A stretch of DNA of 33,914 nucleotides, taken from positions 1 through 33,914 of the forward strand of contig JAQGDQ010001582.1 of NCBI GenBank assembly GCA_030141605.1, in the 5' to 3' direction. The notes beneath the pieces were generated by a model. The model made no database searches. It saw nothing but the letters and a program-made list of their open reading frames with translations, and had not been told where the DNA came from. This stretch comes from Tubiluchus corallicola (lineage: Eukaryota; Animalia; Priapulida). Below are positions 10,936 to 21,304 of the stretch, one piece after another; position 1 is the stretch's first letter, and each line of letters opens with the position of its first letter. Both the position numbers and the translations under genes were made by a program.

Positions 10936-11295
10936 GGGAGATGCCCACACTGTATCTCGACACTAGGCGGAGGAGCTGCACAAGCAGCCAACGGCTAGAG
11001 GGTGGAGGAGGTCAAGTGACCCAACGGTCATGTGTAGAGGAGTAAACCTTCCAAATCAGGAGTGGAGCCCCGAAGGCGGACCAGTGCAGCATGCTCACTG
11101 ACTCCGTCAGCTCCTGCAGCCAACCTGGTACCAAACGTATCGCTCCGCTTTCCTTTGGACTACACCAGGGAGGAAGAGAAGGGGTTCCTGTTGTCTGGGC
11201 AACTCAGGATCTCCATACACCTTGCCCAGGCATGCGCCCTGGAGACGTTCAAGGAATGGACTCTCTTGGCGCACATTCCATCGTCTTCCGAACAG
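10816..11295 (+). mobile_element. 5S rRNA-headed SINE (SINE3-type) with RTE-like body and tail, copy 1
   Basis: 5S head at 10816-10935; body at 10936-11255 is highly similar to the reverse complement of ~25657-25977; tail ATGGACTCTCTTGGCGCACATTCCATCGTCTTCCGA starts at 11256. Confidence 0.85.
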
Positions 11296-11362
11296 CTCTA
11301 GAGGAGCGGGTCTCGCAATGGGATTTCAAAGCTAAAAGACTGATTATTTTTCTAATATTTAA

Positions 11363-11909
11363 AGGAAGACAGGATGATTTTTCATATGCTGCCCCATTTT
11401 CAAATCCGGTAAAAAGTATACATTTTAACACAATTAATACTACAAAAGCGTTTCTGAAAATTAAATAATAGATTAAAAACTTAATTAATCGCGGGCGAGC
11501 CCAACTACTGATGACATCACAAACTAACATATTTTTCAACAGCAAAAGTATTCTACGAGCGTGTTGCACGTGTTTGCGAAAGCGAAAATTGAAGTACAGT
11601 TCTAGTGTAAGATCTTCAGTGTGTTGTACTAAAACTAGACACGTTTTAAGATAAAAATTCAAATTTCAAATTACCCCTGCACTCACGCATGAGCTGTCGA
11701 ACGTGCGTAGTTTATCACAAATTAACACATCTGAACTGAGAGGTACAGCATTTGTTTTTGTGCATCCATTTTCGAAATGCAGGCGCTAGTGCCCGTCTAA
11801 CTGCCCGAAATGCATGTAACAGCGAAGAATTAGTGGCGCGAACGCAAAATTGCGTTTGTGTGGTAATAATTCTTTCACGTAAGTCATTTTTGAAAAAGTA
11901 ATGTTTCCT
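11363..11909 (+). mobile_element. Non-autonomous DNA transposon with TTAA|AGG terminus (Kolobok-like)
   Basis: Starts TTAA|AGGAAGAC and ends GTTTCCT|TTCA; the interior matches 12385-13486 and the reverse complement of 30395-30712. Confidence 0.65.
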
Positions 11910-12384
11910 TTCAATATTTTAAAGAGTAGATTGTTTTGACCTGCAGTTTAGGATCACAGTTTTATTTTAAGCTGTAACTTGGCATCATAGCTTGCAGTTT
12001 GACTAAGAATATCAAAATTGTTATTATCTAAACGTGGAAGATAAAATATATTGACATTTTTTAGCTGTATGCGCAGAAATACTAGCGGAAATAACTTTGG
12101 CATTTTTCTGAAGTTTGAAAGGACATTTTTCTGAAATTTGAACTTATGAGTATTGCTGTTAACGAAGAGTAAAATTTATTCTGCTTTTACTGAATATTGT
12201 AGTGCTACGTTTTCCCGCTTGCACTCGAGTAATCAAGTTTATTTGATGGAAAATGACAAGATGAAAAATATGCATAGCAATTTTCATTCCTAAAGTTGGC
12301 TGGGAACGGACACACCCACGGTAAACACATCGTACACATGTAGACGTTCATTATTGATGTTTTTCTTCTAAATTGAAGGTTTAA

Positions 12385-13486
12385 AGGAAAAGAGGACAAC
12401 TTTTCACGTCACGTTATATTTTGAAGTACAGTAAAAATTCATACATTTTAACACCAGTAATAACGCTTCTGAAAATTGAACAATTGGCTAAAAAACCTTT
12501 TTATATTTAACATTTTCTCTAGTACAAAACATACTTTACAAATTACAAACCACCAATAATAATAAGCAAATACAAACACCAAGTGACTGTCAATGAATTC
12601 AATTAGTTGTAATCAGTAATACGCATTGACTACACTTTGACAATTTTGGTTGTTCAGTAAATCATATAATATATTTCAAAGGTAGCAAACTTTTTCTAGT
12701 ATCCTAAGGTTGCTGTTCCTGCATATATATATATATATATATATACTTGTCAGATCAGTAGAGTTCGGTTGTGACGTAGTACGCACGTTCGAGAGCACGG
12801 CGGTAAACCTCAACTTCGAATTTTAAACTCAGAATTTACCGAACTTTGTTCACACACGCACGCACGCACGCACACACACACACACACACGTATATTTAGC
12901 ACAGCTCACTGCATGATTAAAATTCGGTGCTTGTAATTTGTTTCGAGTACACCAAATATAATATTTTACTATTAAAATGGTCTTATTTAAACACAGGAAA
13001 TCTTTATAACGGAAGCTTTCCAAAAATTACAACAGATTTATCAATTTCTAATGCATATTTTTGCACCCTCCATTGATTGAAATGTTCCCATATGAGTTTT
13101 ACTAATCGGTTAAAAAGTTAGTTAACGATCGGGCCAGCTAATGATGACGTCACAACTGAACATATCATGAGCGTGTTGCACGTGTTCGCAAGAGCGAAAA
13201 TTGAAGTACAGTGCCACTGTGCATTATTCAGTGTGGTGTACAAAAATTCGGCATATGCCGAGTTTAAAATTCGAAGCTGAAGTTTACTGCTGTGCTCTCG
13301 AACGTGTGTACTACGTCACAACTGAACTCTACTGATCTGACAGGTACGGCATCTATTTTTCTGCAACGCAATTCCAAAATGCGGGCGCTGTTGCCCGTCT
13401 AACTTGCGAATGGCGAAATGCCTGTAGCCACCGGGAATGAGAAATCATGTGATGATGTGATAATAATGATGATAAGTCGTTTTCTT
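12385..13486 (+). mobile_element. Second, diverged and interrupted copy of the Kolobok-like family (matching segments ~12385-12497 and ~13104-13486)
   Basis: Starts TTAA|AGGAAAAGAGGA; shares ATACATTTTAACAC, GAGCGTGTTGCACGTGTT, GCGAAAATTGAAGTACAGT and TGCCCGTCTAACT with 11363-11909. Confidence 0.65.
12744..12830 (-). repeat. 87-bp inverted copy of 13260-13346, bounded by (AT)n and (CACG)n/(CA)n microsatellites
   Basis: Ungapped reverse-complement alignment with 7 differences. Confidence 0.9.
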
Positions 13487-13539
13487 TCAATGTTTTCTAA
13501 CCTAGAAGCTGACCAATTGACCAATAACCAAGAATGCAC

Positions 13540-13890
13540 AAAATAAACAGTTAAAAAAGCAATAAAGTAAGTAAGAAAGCAAACAAGCAAGAAAGTAAAC
13601 AATCAAATAAACGAGAAAACAGGCAAGCAAAGGAACAAGAAAACAAGAAACAACTAAAAACAAAAAGCAAGCAAATTAAGGAAATGGAAAACTAACGAAA
13701 GAAAGAAAAAATAAAAGGAAAAAAGAGAGAAAAAGAAATAAAAAGGAAAGCACGAGAAGAGAGTGCGAGAGAAAAAGGAAAGATCGAAGAGAGAGAGAGA
13801 GAAAAAAGAAGAAAGGAAAGAAAGAAAAAAGAAAATAATTGCAAGAAGAAAAGAACAAGGAAAATATGAGAAGGGAAAAAGAGGTGGAAA

Positions 13891-13979
<89 letters not shown>

Positions 13980-14075
13980 AGAGAGAGAAGAGAGAGAGAA
14001 GAGAGAAAGAGGGAGAGAGAGAGAGAGGGAGAGAGAGAAAGAGACAGAGAGAGAAAGAGAGAGAGAAAGAAAGAA
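13540..14075. repeat. Purine-rich low-complexity tract including a pure (GA)n run at ~13894-13973
   Basis: Directly visible. Confidence 0.95.
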
Positions 14076-14414
14076 GCCACCATGCACATGAATGACACTG
14101 ACAAATCCCATGGACGCTCGTAGCTAAGGATTACAGAGGAGGTCTGGACATCAGCTTCACAAAATTTAAAACAGACCATCTAGGACAACGTAAACAAACA
14201 AGGATTAGCAGGAGAGTTGGAAGCCAATAGTTCAAGATGGATGCTAAGAAAGCGTCCACGAGCCACCGAAATTCTGTGATACTGGGTGTCCCAAAAACAC
14301 AAGTTAGTGTTCTACTAAATTCACAAAAAGAGTACATTGAGGAATTGACTAGAATGAGTAATTTTTGTGCTAAAATTGGGAGTTAGATAGTCAAAAAAAT
14401 AAATAAAACATTAT

Positions 14415-14655
14415 TGAAAGTGAGTAATATCATACTCAACATGAGTAACTTGATGCTCACGGTACCAAAAGTAGTACTCAAGTTGAGTAATTCCATGGTC
14501 AAAGTGATTAACTTGATACTCAAAGCAGCCAACTTACCGCTCAATGTGAGTAATTTGATGATCAAATGGATAACTTGATACTCAAGGTAGTCAACTTAGT
14601 ACTAAATGTGAGTAATTTGATGGTCAAAATGAGTCGCTTGATACTCAGAAAATGA
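14415..14655. repeat. Degenerate 21-bp tandem repeat, ~11 units
   Basis: Recurring TGAGTAA(C/T)TTGAT(A/G)CTCAA-type units at 21-bp spacing; the minus-strand translation shows a 7-aa period. Confidence 0.75.
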
Positions 14656-14879
14656 GACCATTACATGAAATCAGCATTTTTTTATGCTCAAAATACATAT
14701 TTTAATATTCTTGCTTGTTGAAAAACCTTGAGTAACTTCAATGTGATTTTTGCAAAATTGAGGATTTTCTTTTTTTCGGACTCATTAATGTGAGTAGCTA
14801 AATTCTCAGAATTTGTTTCGATTAATTTTGGTTATCAGTAAACAGGGTCTTAGAACAACAAGCACTTAGTCTAGTCCCA

Positions 14880-15136
14880 ACGAAAGAAACAAAGAAACAA
14901 GATATGTAGAAAAGAAAAGAAAACAAACAGAAAAAAAGAAGACAAAAGAAGGAAACAATGAAAACGGAAAGAGCAAAAAGCAGAAAAACATGAAGTTCAA
15001 AAGAGAGAGAGGGCGAGAATCAGAGAAAAGGGGGTGAAAGAGAGAGAAAAGGGGAGTGAGAGAGAGACAGAGAGAGCGAAAGAGACACAGAGAGAGAGAG
15101 AGAAAGAGACAAAGAGAGAGAGAGAAAGGCGGAAGA

Positions 15137-15181
<45 letters not shown>

Positions 15182-15410
15182 GAAAGAGGCAGAGAGAGAG
15201 AGAAAGATATATATAGAGAGAGAGGGAAAAAGAGAGACACACACACAGAGAGAGACAAAGAGAGAGACAAAGAGAGAGAGAAAGAGAGAGAGAGATAGAG
15301 AGAGAGACAGAGAGAGAAAGAGATAGAGAGAGAGAAAGAGAGAGAAAGAGAAAGAGAGAAAGAAAGAGAAAGAGAGAGAGAGAGGGAGAAAGAGAGAAAG
15401 AAAGCTAGGG
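14880..15410. repeat. GA-rich low-complexity / imperfect (GA)n tract
   Basis: Directly visible. Confidence 0.95.
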
Positions 15411-16159
15411 AGACGAGACAGACGCCATGTCATTTTACATATACCTGATTTGACATTTTGACTTCAGATTACATCTGGAATGCACTTATAACAAGTCCAA
15501 TGGAAAACCAAGCATCAGTGTGGTATCAAACACCCAGTTTACATCTTATAATGAGCGTTATAAATAAAATATTTGGTTAGTAGCTACAACTGTGTCAATC
15601 ATCATGCCACTTCCTATCGGAGTGGTGAAATTTATTGCTCTTCCCATTTGGGAAGTGTAAATCACAGGAGAAAGAAAGTGTTGATTTAACCCTAATGAAA
15701 TTAAATAATGGAACACGTGACCTTTATTAATTAAACATGAGATGTTGCATGGTTTCGCCAACAAGACACCGAATTCATACATCAATAGAGAGTGAATGAA
15801 GTATATTAAGAGTGACAATTAAAGTTGAATACTTTTTTCTTTCTTCACCGTAAGACTGTGCTGTATTTCTCCGGGTTCATGAAAAATTGCTCTCACTAAG
15901 CAGCGATTACATTATATTTGATAATTTTTGTAGTTTTTTACAACTCAAACAATGGATTTTCATGCAAAATTATACATGAAATGCATTTGCTTACCTTAGA
16001 CAAATTAAAAATCGATTTTTGACGAATATACTAAAAAAAGCTTTCAGTAACTGCAGTGTTTGCACTGTAACAATGTACAGTATCACTTGTGTGAAACCGG
16101 CTAATGCAGAAAATTTCAACTGTCCAGGCCCAACACTGATACACGTTGGTCTCAAATGT

Positions 16160-16422
16160 ACTCTATATTTAAGAAGAAATTCCTGTTAAAAGTTGAAATA
16201 ACCTTAATTTGTTCTTAGCTGATCAGTTGGTTTTTTCTGGAATAGCAGCAGAACACTGCACAGCTTGAGCTGTAGCAAGCAGGCGATCAATAAAATAGTG
16301 TGTACAATCACGCAAGTGTATACCAGACTAAGCTAGTCAATAGGCTACGTTGGAGTGCCTGAAAAGGTTGTGTTTTTCTTATTTTTTCCAATAAAATCAT
16401 TTATAAACGTTTACACAAATAG
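16160..16422 (+). repeat. Left member of a ~263-bp inverted repeat pair (partner at 18734-18997)
   Basis: ACCAGACTAAGCTAGTCAATAGGCTACGTTGGAGTGCCTGAAAAGGT is the exact reverse complement of the block near 18789-18835; similarity extends across the whole segment. Confidence 0.92.
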
Positions 16423-16802
16423 CGTTATCGAATTGCCAAGATTATGCAGAATAGAACAGTGCCTAATTTTGTAATCATTTAGTTATGTGTGATGTCAAAA
16501 TGTCTAAGAAGCCGTGGTAATTTTTAAATTTACAGTTTCACTTCAAAAATGTGCATTGCAAAAACATTTTTAAAGTGTGTTACCAACCGAGTAGTAATTT
16601 TATAATAGCTTAAAATGAATCACCCTCAAGGCGCAAGAAAACACTCTTCATAAATGAAGCTTAAGAAGTTATTTTGAAATTTTGGATCACCTACATGCTG
16701 GCTTATTGCACAAAGAGTTTGCGTGAGCAGCACTGAATTTAAACACACTGAGTTAACCCTGGGGCGCTGCTATTTTGATGGTAGGTCGCTTAAAGCGTTT
16801 AG

Positions 16803-17420
16803 CCCTTATAAGGTCACCGGGGGGAGGTAAAAAATTACCCCCAGACCGGTTTTTTGCATTTTACCCTTTTACCATACACATCCCAGTAAACCTTTTCTAT
16901 GACTTTTTCTAAATATGTTTTGTGCACAAAATACTTTCAGTTATTTATTTTAGGCGCATTGTCTCACCACGAAATAAAAGTGAAAATGCAATATGTCGAT
17001 TTTTTAAAATTGTCGAAACTTTACTTCGCTTGTCTATACATTATACGTGCGATGTATCTGATAAAACAAAATGTCAGTTACTCAAATTACTTCACCTAAA
17101 AGAAGAAAGTAGTAGACAATAAATTCAAAATAACAATGATTTTTGCACATGCGCTAGCAATGTCGGTTGTCTACAGTTATTCCAGCATAGATAAGGGAAC
17201 GTAACTAAGTGTATTTAAATTTCGTATTACTAGTAAGTCACGTGTCTTTAAGCAGAGGTATACTGTATCCCATGGTGGTCAGCATAACCACAAATTATGC
17301 TGTTGCTGTTTACTAATGAAACACGGCGGTTTATCAAAAGTAATTTACGAATTATGGTGGGGGCAATTTTTTACCCCCGGTTACGAAAATCGGTTGTAAA
17401 AAGTCGCGACCCTATAAGGG
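16803..17420. mobile_element. piggyBac-like MITE (CCCT...AGGG ends, TTAG/TTAA flanks)
   Basis: TIR CCCTTATAAGGTCAC vs reverse complement CCCTTATAGGGTCGC; subterminal inverted motif GGTAAAAAATT(A/G)CCCC at both ends; TTAA at 17421-17424. Confidence 0.8.
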
Positions 17421-17455
17421 TTAAATAACATTGGGTAAAGTTTGAAAAAAAAATC

Positions 17456-17810
17456 AGGAAATCCGTGCCACACACTTCACAAACTAAGCAAAAGTATAAG
17501 TTACTGTATCTTGTCAATAAGACTAAACTGCGTTTTGGGTGAGTCAGTGGTGCACACTGGGAAGGTGAGTCAGTGGTGCACACTGGGAAGGTGAGTCAGT
17601 GATGCACACTGGGAAGGTGAGTCAGTGGTGCACACTGGGAAGATGAGTCGGTGACATATTACCAACTGGCACGAACATTTTAAATGACTAAGAATTTTCT
17701 TTTCTAGTTACGTAGCTTTTTCAAGGTAAGTGCAATGCTATGTAATATAACTTTGCTTGGAAAGTTTTGGGGACATAATTTAAAATTGGCTTTCCTTTCC
17801 CTTTAAGCAT
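17456..17810 (+). mobile_element. Second copy of the 3738-4015 dispersed repeat, with an internal tandem expansion
   Basis: Collinear blocks shared with 3738-4015. Confidence 0.8.
17538..17652. repeat. 26-bp minisatellite, ~4.4 copies
   Basis: Unit GGTGAGTCAGTGGTGCACACTGGGAA at 17538, 17564, 17590 and 17616. Confidence 0.95.
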
Positions 17811-18480
17811 TCTATTATACAAGAAATATCACAAGTTATTAATTTAGGCTCTTGATTAATCCAACGAAATTAAACGAAATGAATGGGAGTGAGCCAAAAA
17901 TTAGCTTTCTACAGAAAACAATAAGCTTTTGCACTTTCTTGCATTTCTTAGCAACATGGCTTCCTTTTTCCAATGGCTTCAGTTGCCAAATTATTGTAAT
18001 TGTTGCCTACAGCAAGAGACAAAATTCCGCGGCGACAAACCTAGGATTTCCAAGAAACCGGCCTAACGAAGATACGTCGTGACTGTTTTACTAAGCCCAG
18101 TGCACAGCAATCAGTGACGTCACTAATTCCTGTCATTACTTGGAGGTCACGTGACGGCCCTGCTCACAAAATCACAGTAATCAGGGCGCATTTGTTGCCG
18201 AGGAAAAGCTGGCGTGGATAATGTTCAGGGTGCGGGGAGGAGACATTAAATTTTTATCAGGCCAAATGAATTGAAGTTGCGCCATTTCTGAACTGCCGCA
18301 ATGTCAAATTGAGTTTGGCTTCCAGCGTTCGCTCTAATTTGGAGAGAAGAGAGACAAAATCTGATTGTGGGATGGTTCCAATTAAACGACATTCGGTAAT
18401 TCTGCCTAGGAAGTTGACCTGAATACTTCTAGTTGAAAATGACAGTTGAGCATGCTCTTGCATACTTTTGTTTTATCCTA

Positions 18481-18733
18481 AACATTCCAGTTAAGAATCG
18501 TATAATCTCACACTGTTTTAGAAATGAAATCGAAGACTTTGTTATAAAATGTCCATATTACAATGATCTTAGAGGAAAATTATATAATCACATCAGTGTA
18601 ATTATGTCAGAATTTTTCATTGGGAACAATTTTTATTCTAGATGGGAAGTAGTGGTTTAGAAGTTGTTAAGACAATTGGTGTTTATGTAGAAAAAACGCT
18701 TTTGAGACCCAATGAACAATGTACTAATTAGTT
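18481..18733 (+). pseudogene. Decayed C-terminal zinc-knuckle region of a non-LTR retrotransposon ORF (RTEX-like)
   Basis: Translation NIPVKNRIISHCFRNEIEDFVIKCPYYNDLRGKLY resembles the R.C..C...IEDE.HF...CP.Y..LR motif with the first Cys and the His lost; a shifted frame then gives LEVVKTIGVYVEKTLLR. Confidence 0.65.
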
Positions 18734-18997
18734 CTATTTGTCTGAACGTTTATAAATGATTTAATTGGAAAAAAACAAGAAAAACATGACCTTTTCAGGC
18801 ACTCCAACGTAGCCTATTGACTAGCTTAGTCTGGTGTACACTTGCGTGATCGTACACACTAATTTATTGATCGCATGCTTGCTACAGCTCAAGCTGTGCA
18901 GAGTTGTGCTGCTGTTCCAGGAAAAACCAACCGATCAGCAAAGGACAAATTAAGGTTGTTTCATCTTTTAACTTTAATTTCTCCTAAAAACAGAGTC
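18734..18997 (-). repeat. Right member of the inverted repeat pair with 16160-16422
   Basis: Reverse-complement alignment. Confidence 0.92.
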
Positions 18998-19005
18998 TCC
19001 TAAGA

Positions 19006-19190
19006 ACAGGCTTAGAATTAATTAAGTCAATTGGTGGTTATGTTGAAAAAAGTGTTTTTGAATGAACAATGAACAATATACTAATTAGTATGTAATGATC
19101 ATTTCATTGAAAATGAGGCCAGATGAATGACAATCTATTTTAAAAACTAATTAATAAACTTTTCAATTAAATAACTAAAATAACTAACAG
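19006..19190 (+). mobile_element. Second, shorter 3' end of the same LINE family plus putative 3' UTR
   Basis: 19006-19090 repeats 18655-18733 (TTAGAA.T..TTAAG.CAATTGGTG.TTATGT.GAAAAAA...CAATGAACAAT.TACTAATTAGT); AATAAA near 19154. Confidence 0.5.
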
Positions 19191-20092
19191 AAAGATTTTA
19201 AAAATTTTGTTTTATGAATAATTATTTTGTTTGTCTGCAGTGTCACTGTATTTCAAAATTAAAATTTTGTTTTTAGTTTTTTTTCTTGGATTAAATGTAC
19301 TTTTGGCACTAAAATGAAATAAGAAATAAATAATGGACTGTAACATTTTCTTGCAAAATTTTGCAAATCTAAAGCTTCGTTCATATGTATTGTCTGTACT
19401 GTCGCTATATTTCAAAATTGAAATTGCATGTATGTTTTGTTTTCCACTAATGACGTCATTTTTGGTTGAAGAAAAGCGGCGCGCTGTCAATTTCTGCAAG
19501 AAGTACAATAAGTTTAGCTAATTTTGTGACATTTTTGCATGAACACTAGGTAACCTGTAACAGTTTGAATTAATTTAACAAGCGCACGCTTAAAGAAGCC
19601 AAGCACTTACGAAAACTCACGAAATCCACCAGTTACGTCACAACTTTCAAGTGAATGCACGTTTTATGGTTGCACAGCTGCAAACAAGAGGACGAGAGTA
19701 AAAGGGAAAGTACTTTTGTCAATGATTTACAAACTTATGCTGTTACATGTTTGTACAGTTTCTTAATCGATCACTTGTCTAGGCATTTTTTACGTTTTAT
19801 TATAAGTACAAATGAAGCCGTGAACTACATCCCACTTAATCTATAGGTAAATCTGCACTTTAAGTATTTGTCTATGTTCAGTCGGTCGATGCTCTTTGTT
19901 TAAATTTTGTTTTCCTAGATTAAATTTCGATGTCATGAATGTCCTTCGAAGGTCAGCGAAATTTATTGGCTTCCGACGTTGCAGTGTTTCATGTAGAGAA
20001 GTGAGGAAGCCTCCAATTTATAAAACTCACATTGATGGCGCATCAGATGTGAGGAAAGCAGTTCTTAAGAGTTTGTAATTTTATTAGACACT

Positions 20093-20592
20093 TGGATGGA
20101 TGGATGGATGGACGGACGGACGGACGGACGGACTGATGGATGGACGGACGGACGGATTGATGGATGGATGGATGGATGGATGGATGGATGGATGGATGGA
20201 TGGATGAATGGATGGATGGATGGATGGATGGATGGATGGATGGATGGATGGATGGATGGATGGATGGATGGATGGATGGATTGATGGATGGATGGATGGA
20301 TGGATGGATGGATGGATGGATGGATGGATGGATGGATGGATGGATGGACGGACTGACGGACGGACGGACGGACGGACGGACTGATGGATGGACGGACGGA
20401 CGGATTGATGGATGGATGGATGGATGGATGGATGGATGGATGGATGGATGGATGGATGGATGGATGCATGGACGGACGGACGGACGGACGGACGGACGGA
20501 CGGACGGACGGGCGGACGGATGGACGGACAGACAGACAGACAGATAGATATATAGATAGACAGATAGAGAGATAGATAAGTAGATAGACAGA
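20093..20592. repeat. Compound tetranucleotide microsatellite (GGAT)n/(GGAC)n grading into (AGAC)n/(AGAT)n
   Basis: Directly visible. Confidence 0.98.
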
Positions 20593-20647
20593 TAAAATTC
20601 TCCAACACTAGAACAATACACACACAGCCGTACAATATATGTAATAA

Positions 20648-21027
20648 TCCTTTTCACAGTTTTGTTGTGCGCACGCGCAGTTGCTGTAGGCCAAAGGTTA
20701 AGTGTACCACAGCAACGCATCTCAACTACAACAATCACGTGTGGGTAAAGCAAAGCCGTTTGCCGCATCAGTTCAGTAACTTCAGTTGTTATAGATAAAC
20801 ATTAATTAATTATGCATTAGTCTGTGAGCAGAGTGATTTACTAGCAGGATTTTGTTTGGGGACAAGTGAAAATAAATTAGGTAAGGTTCTAGCTAGCTGT
20901 TAAAACTGTTACTATTACAAAAGCATGGGCTTTGAGGCGTTGTCAAATGTAAACAAAGGCGTTGTCTGGTACAGTTAACCACTGACTTTTTCACGATCAT
21001 CATCAATCACTGGAACTGTGAAAAGGC
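20648..21027. mobile_element. MITE, copy 2 of the CCTTTTCACAG-TIR family, TAA on both sides
   Basis: TAA|TCCTTTTCACAGTT...AACTGTGAAAAGGC|TAA; the interior aligns with 2131-2493. Confidence 0.82.
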
Positions 21028-21154
21028 TAATTGTACGTTGAGTTTACGGGATGGAATTTCGTCATAGGTTTACTGATATTTCCCCGCACTGATTATTGGT
21101 TCTGTCTAACAAGATTAAAGTTACCTTTCATTATTAGGGTCATATTGTGCTACA

Positions 21155-21304
21155 GTGTGCCACACCGACGCGTATTAACTACAACCGGCACGTTACACGT
21201 GGGTAAAGCAAAGCTGTCTGCTGCAACAATTCAGTAACTTCAGTTGTTTTACGTGAACTTTACTTAACTATGCATTAAGCATAAAATACAAATTTCTGTG
21301 AGCA
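21155..21304 (+). mobile_element. Internal fragment of the same MITE family
   Basis: GTGGGTAAAGCAAAGC...TTCAGTAACTTCAGTTGTT...TATGCATTA...TCTGTGAGCA matches ~20700-20831. Confidence 0.7.

Noticed and set aside
10936-11010. HDV-like ribozyme directly after the 5S head
   Set aside because: Only a simple hairpin (GAGATGC/GTATCTC) was found; the nested double-pseudoknot elements could not be assigned.
13676-15433. Leu/Ser- and Arg/Glu-rich ORFs (likewise those at 910-1346 and 20043-22470)
   Set aside because: These are microsatellite translations.
15460-15818. Possible host exon / 86-aa ORF in unique sequence
   Set aside because: An acceptor-like TTTTGACTTCAG is present, but there is no recognisable protein motif or convincing donor; unsupported without RNA data.
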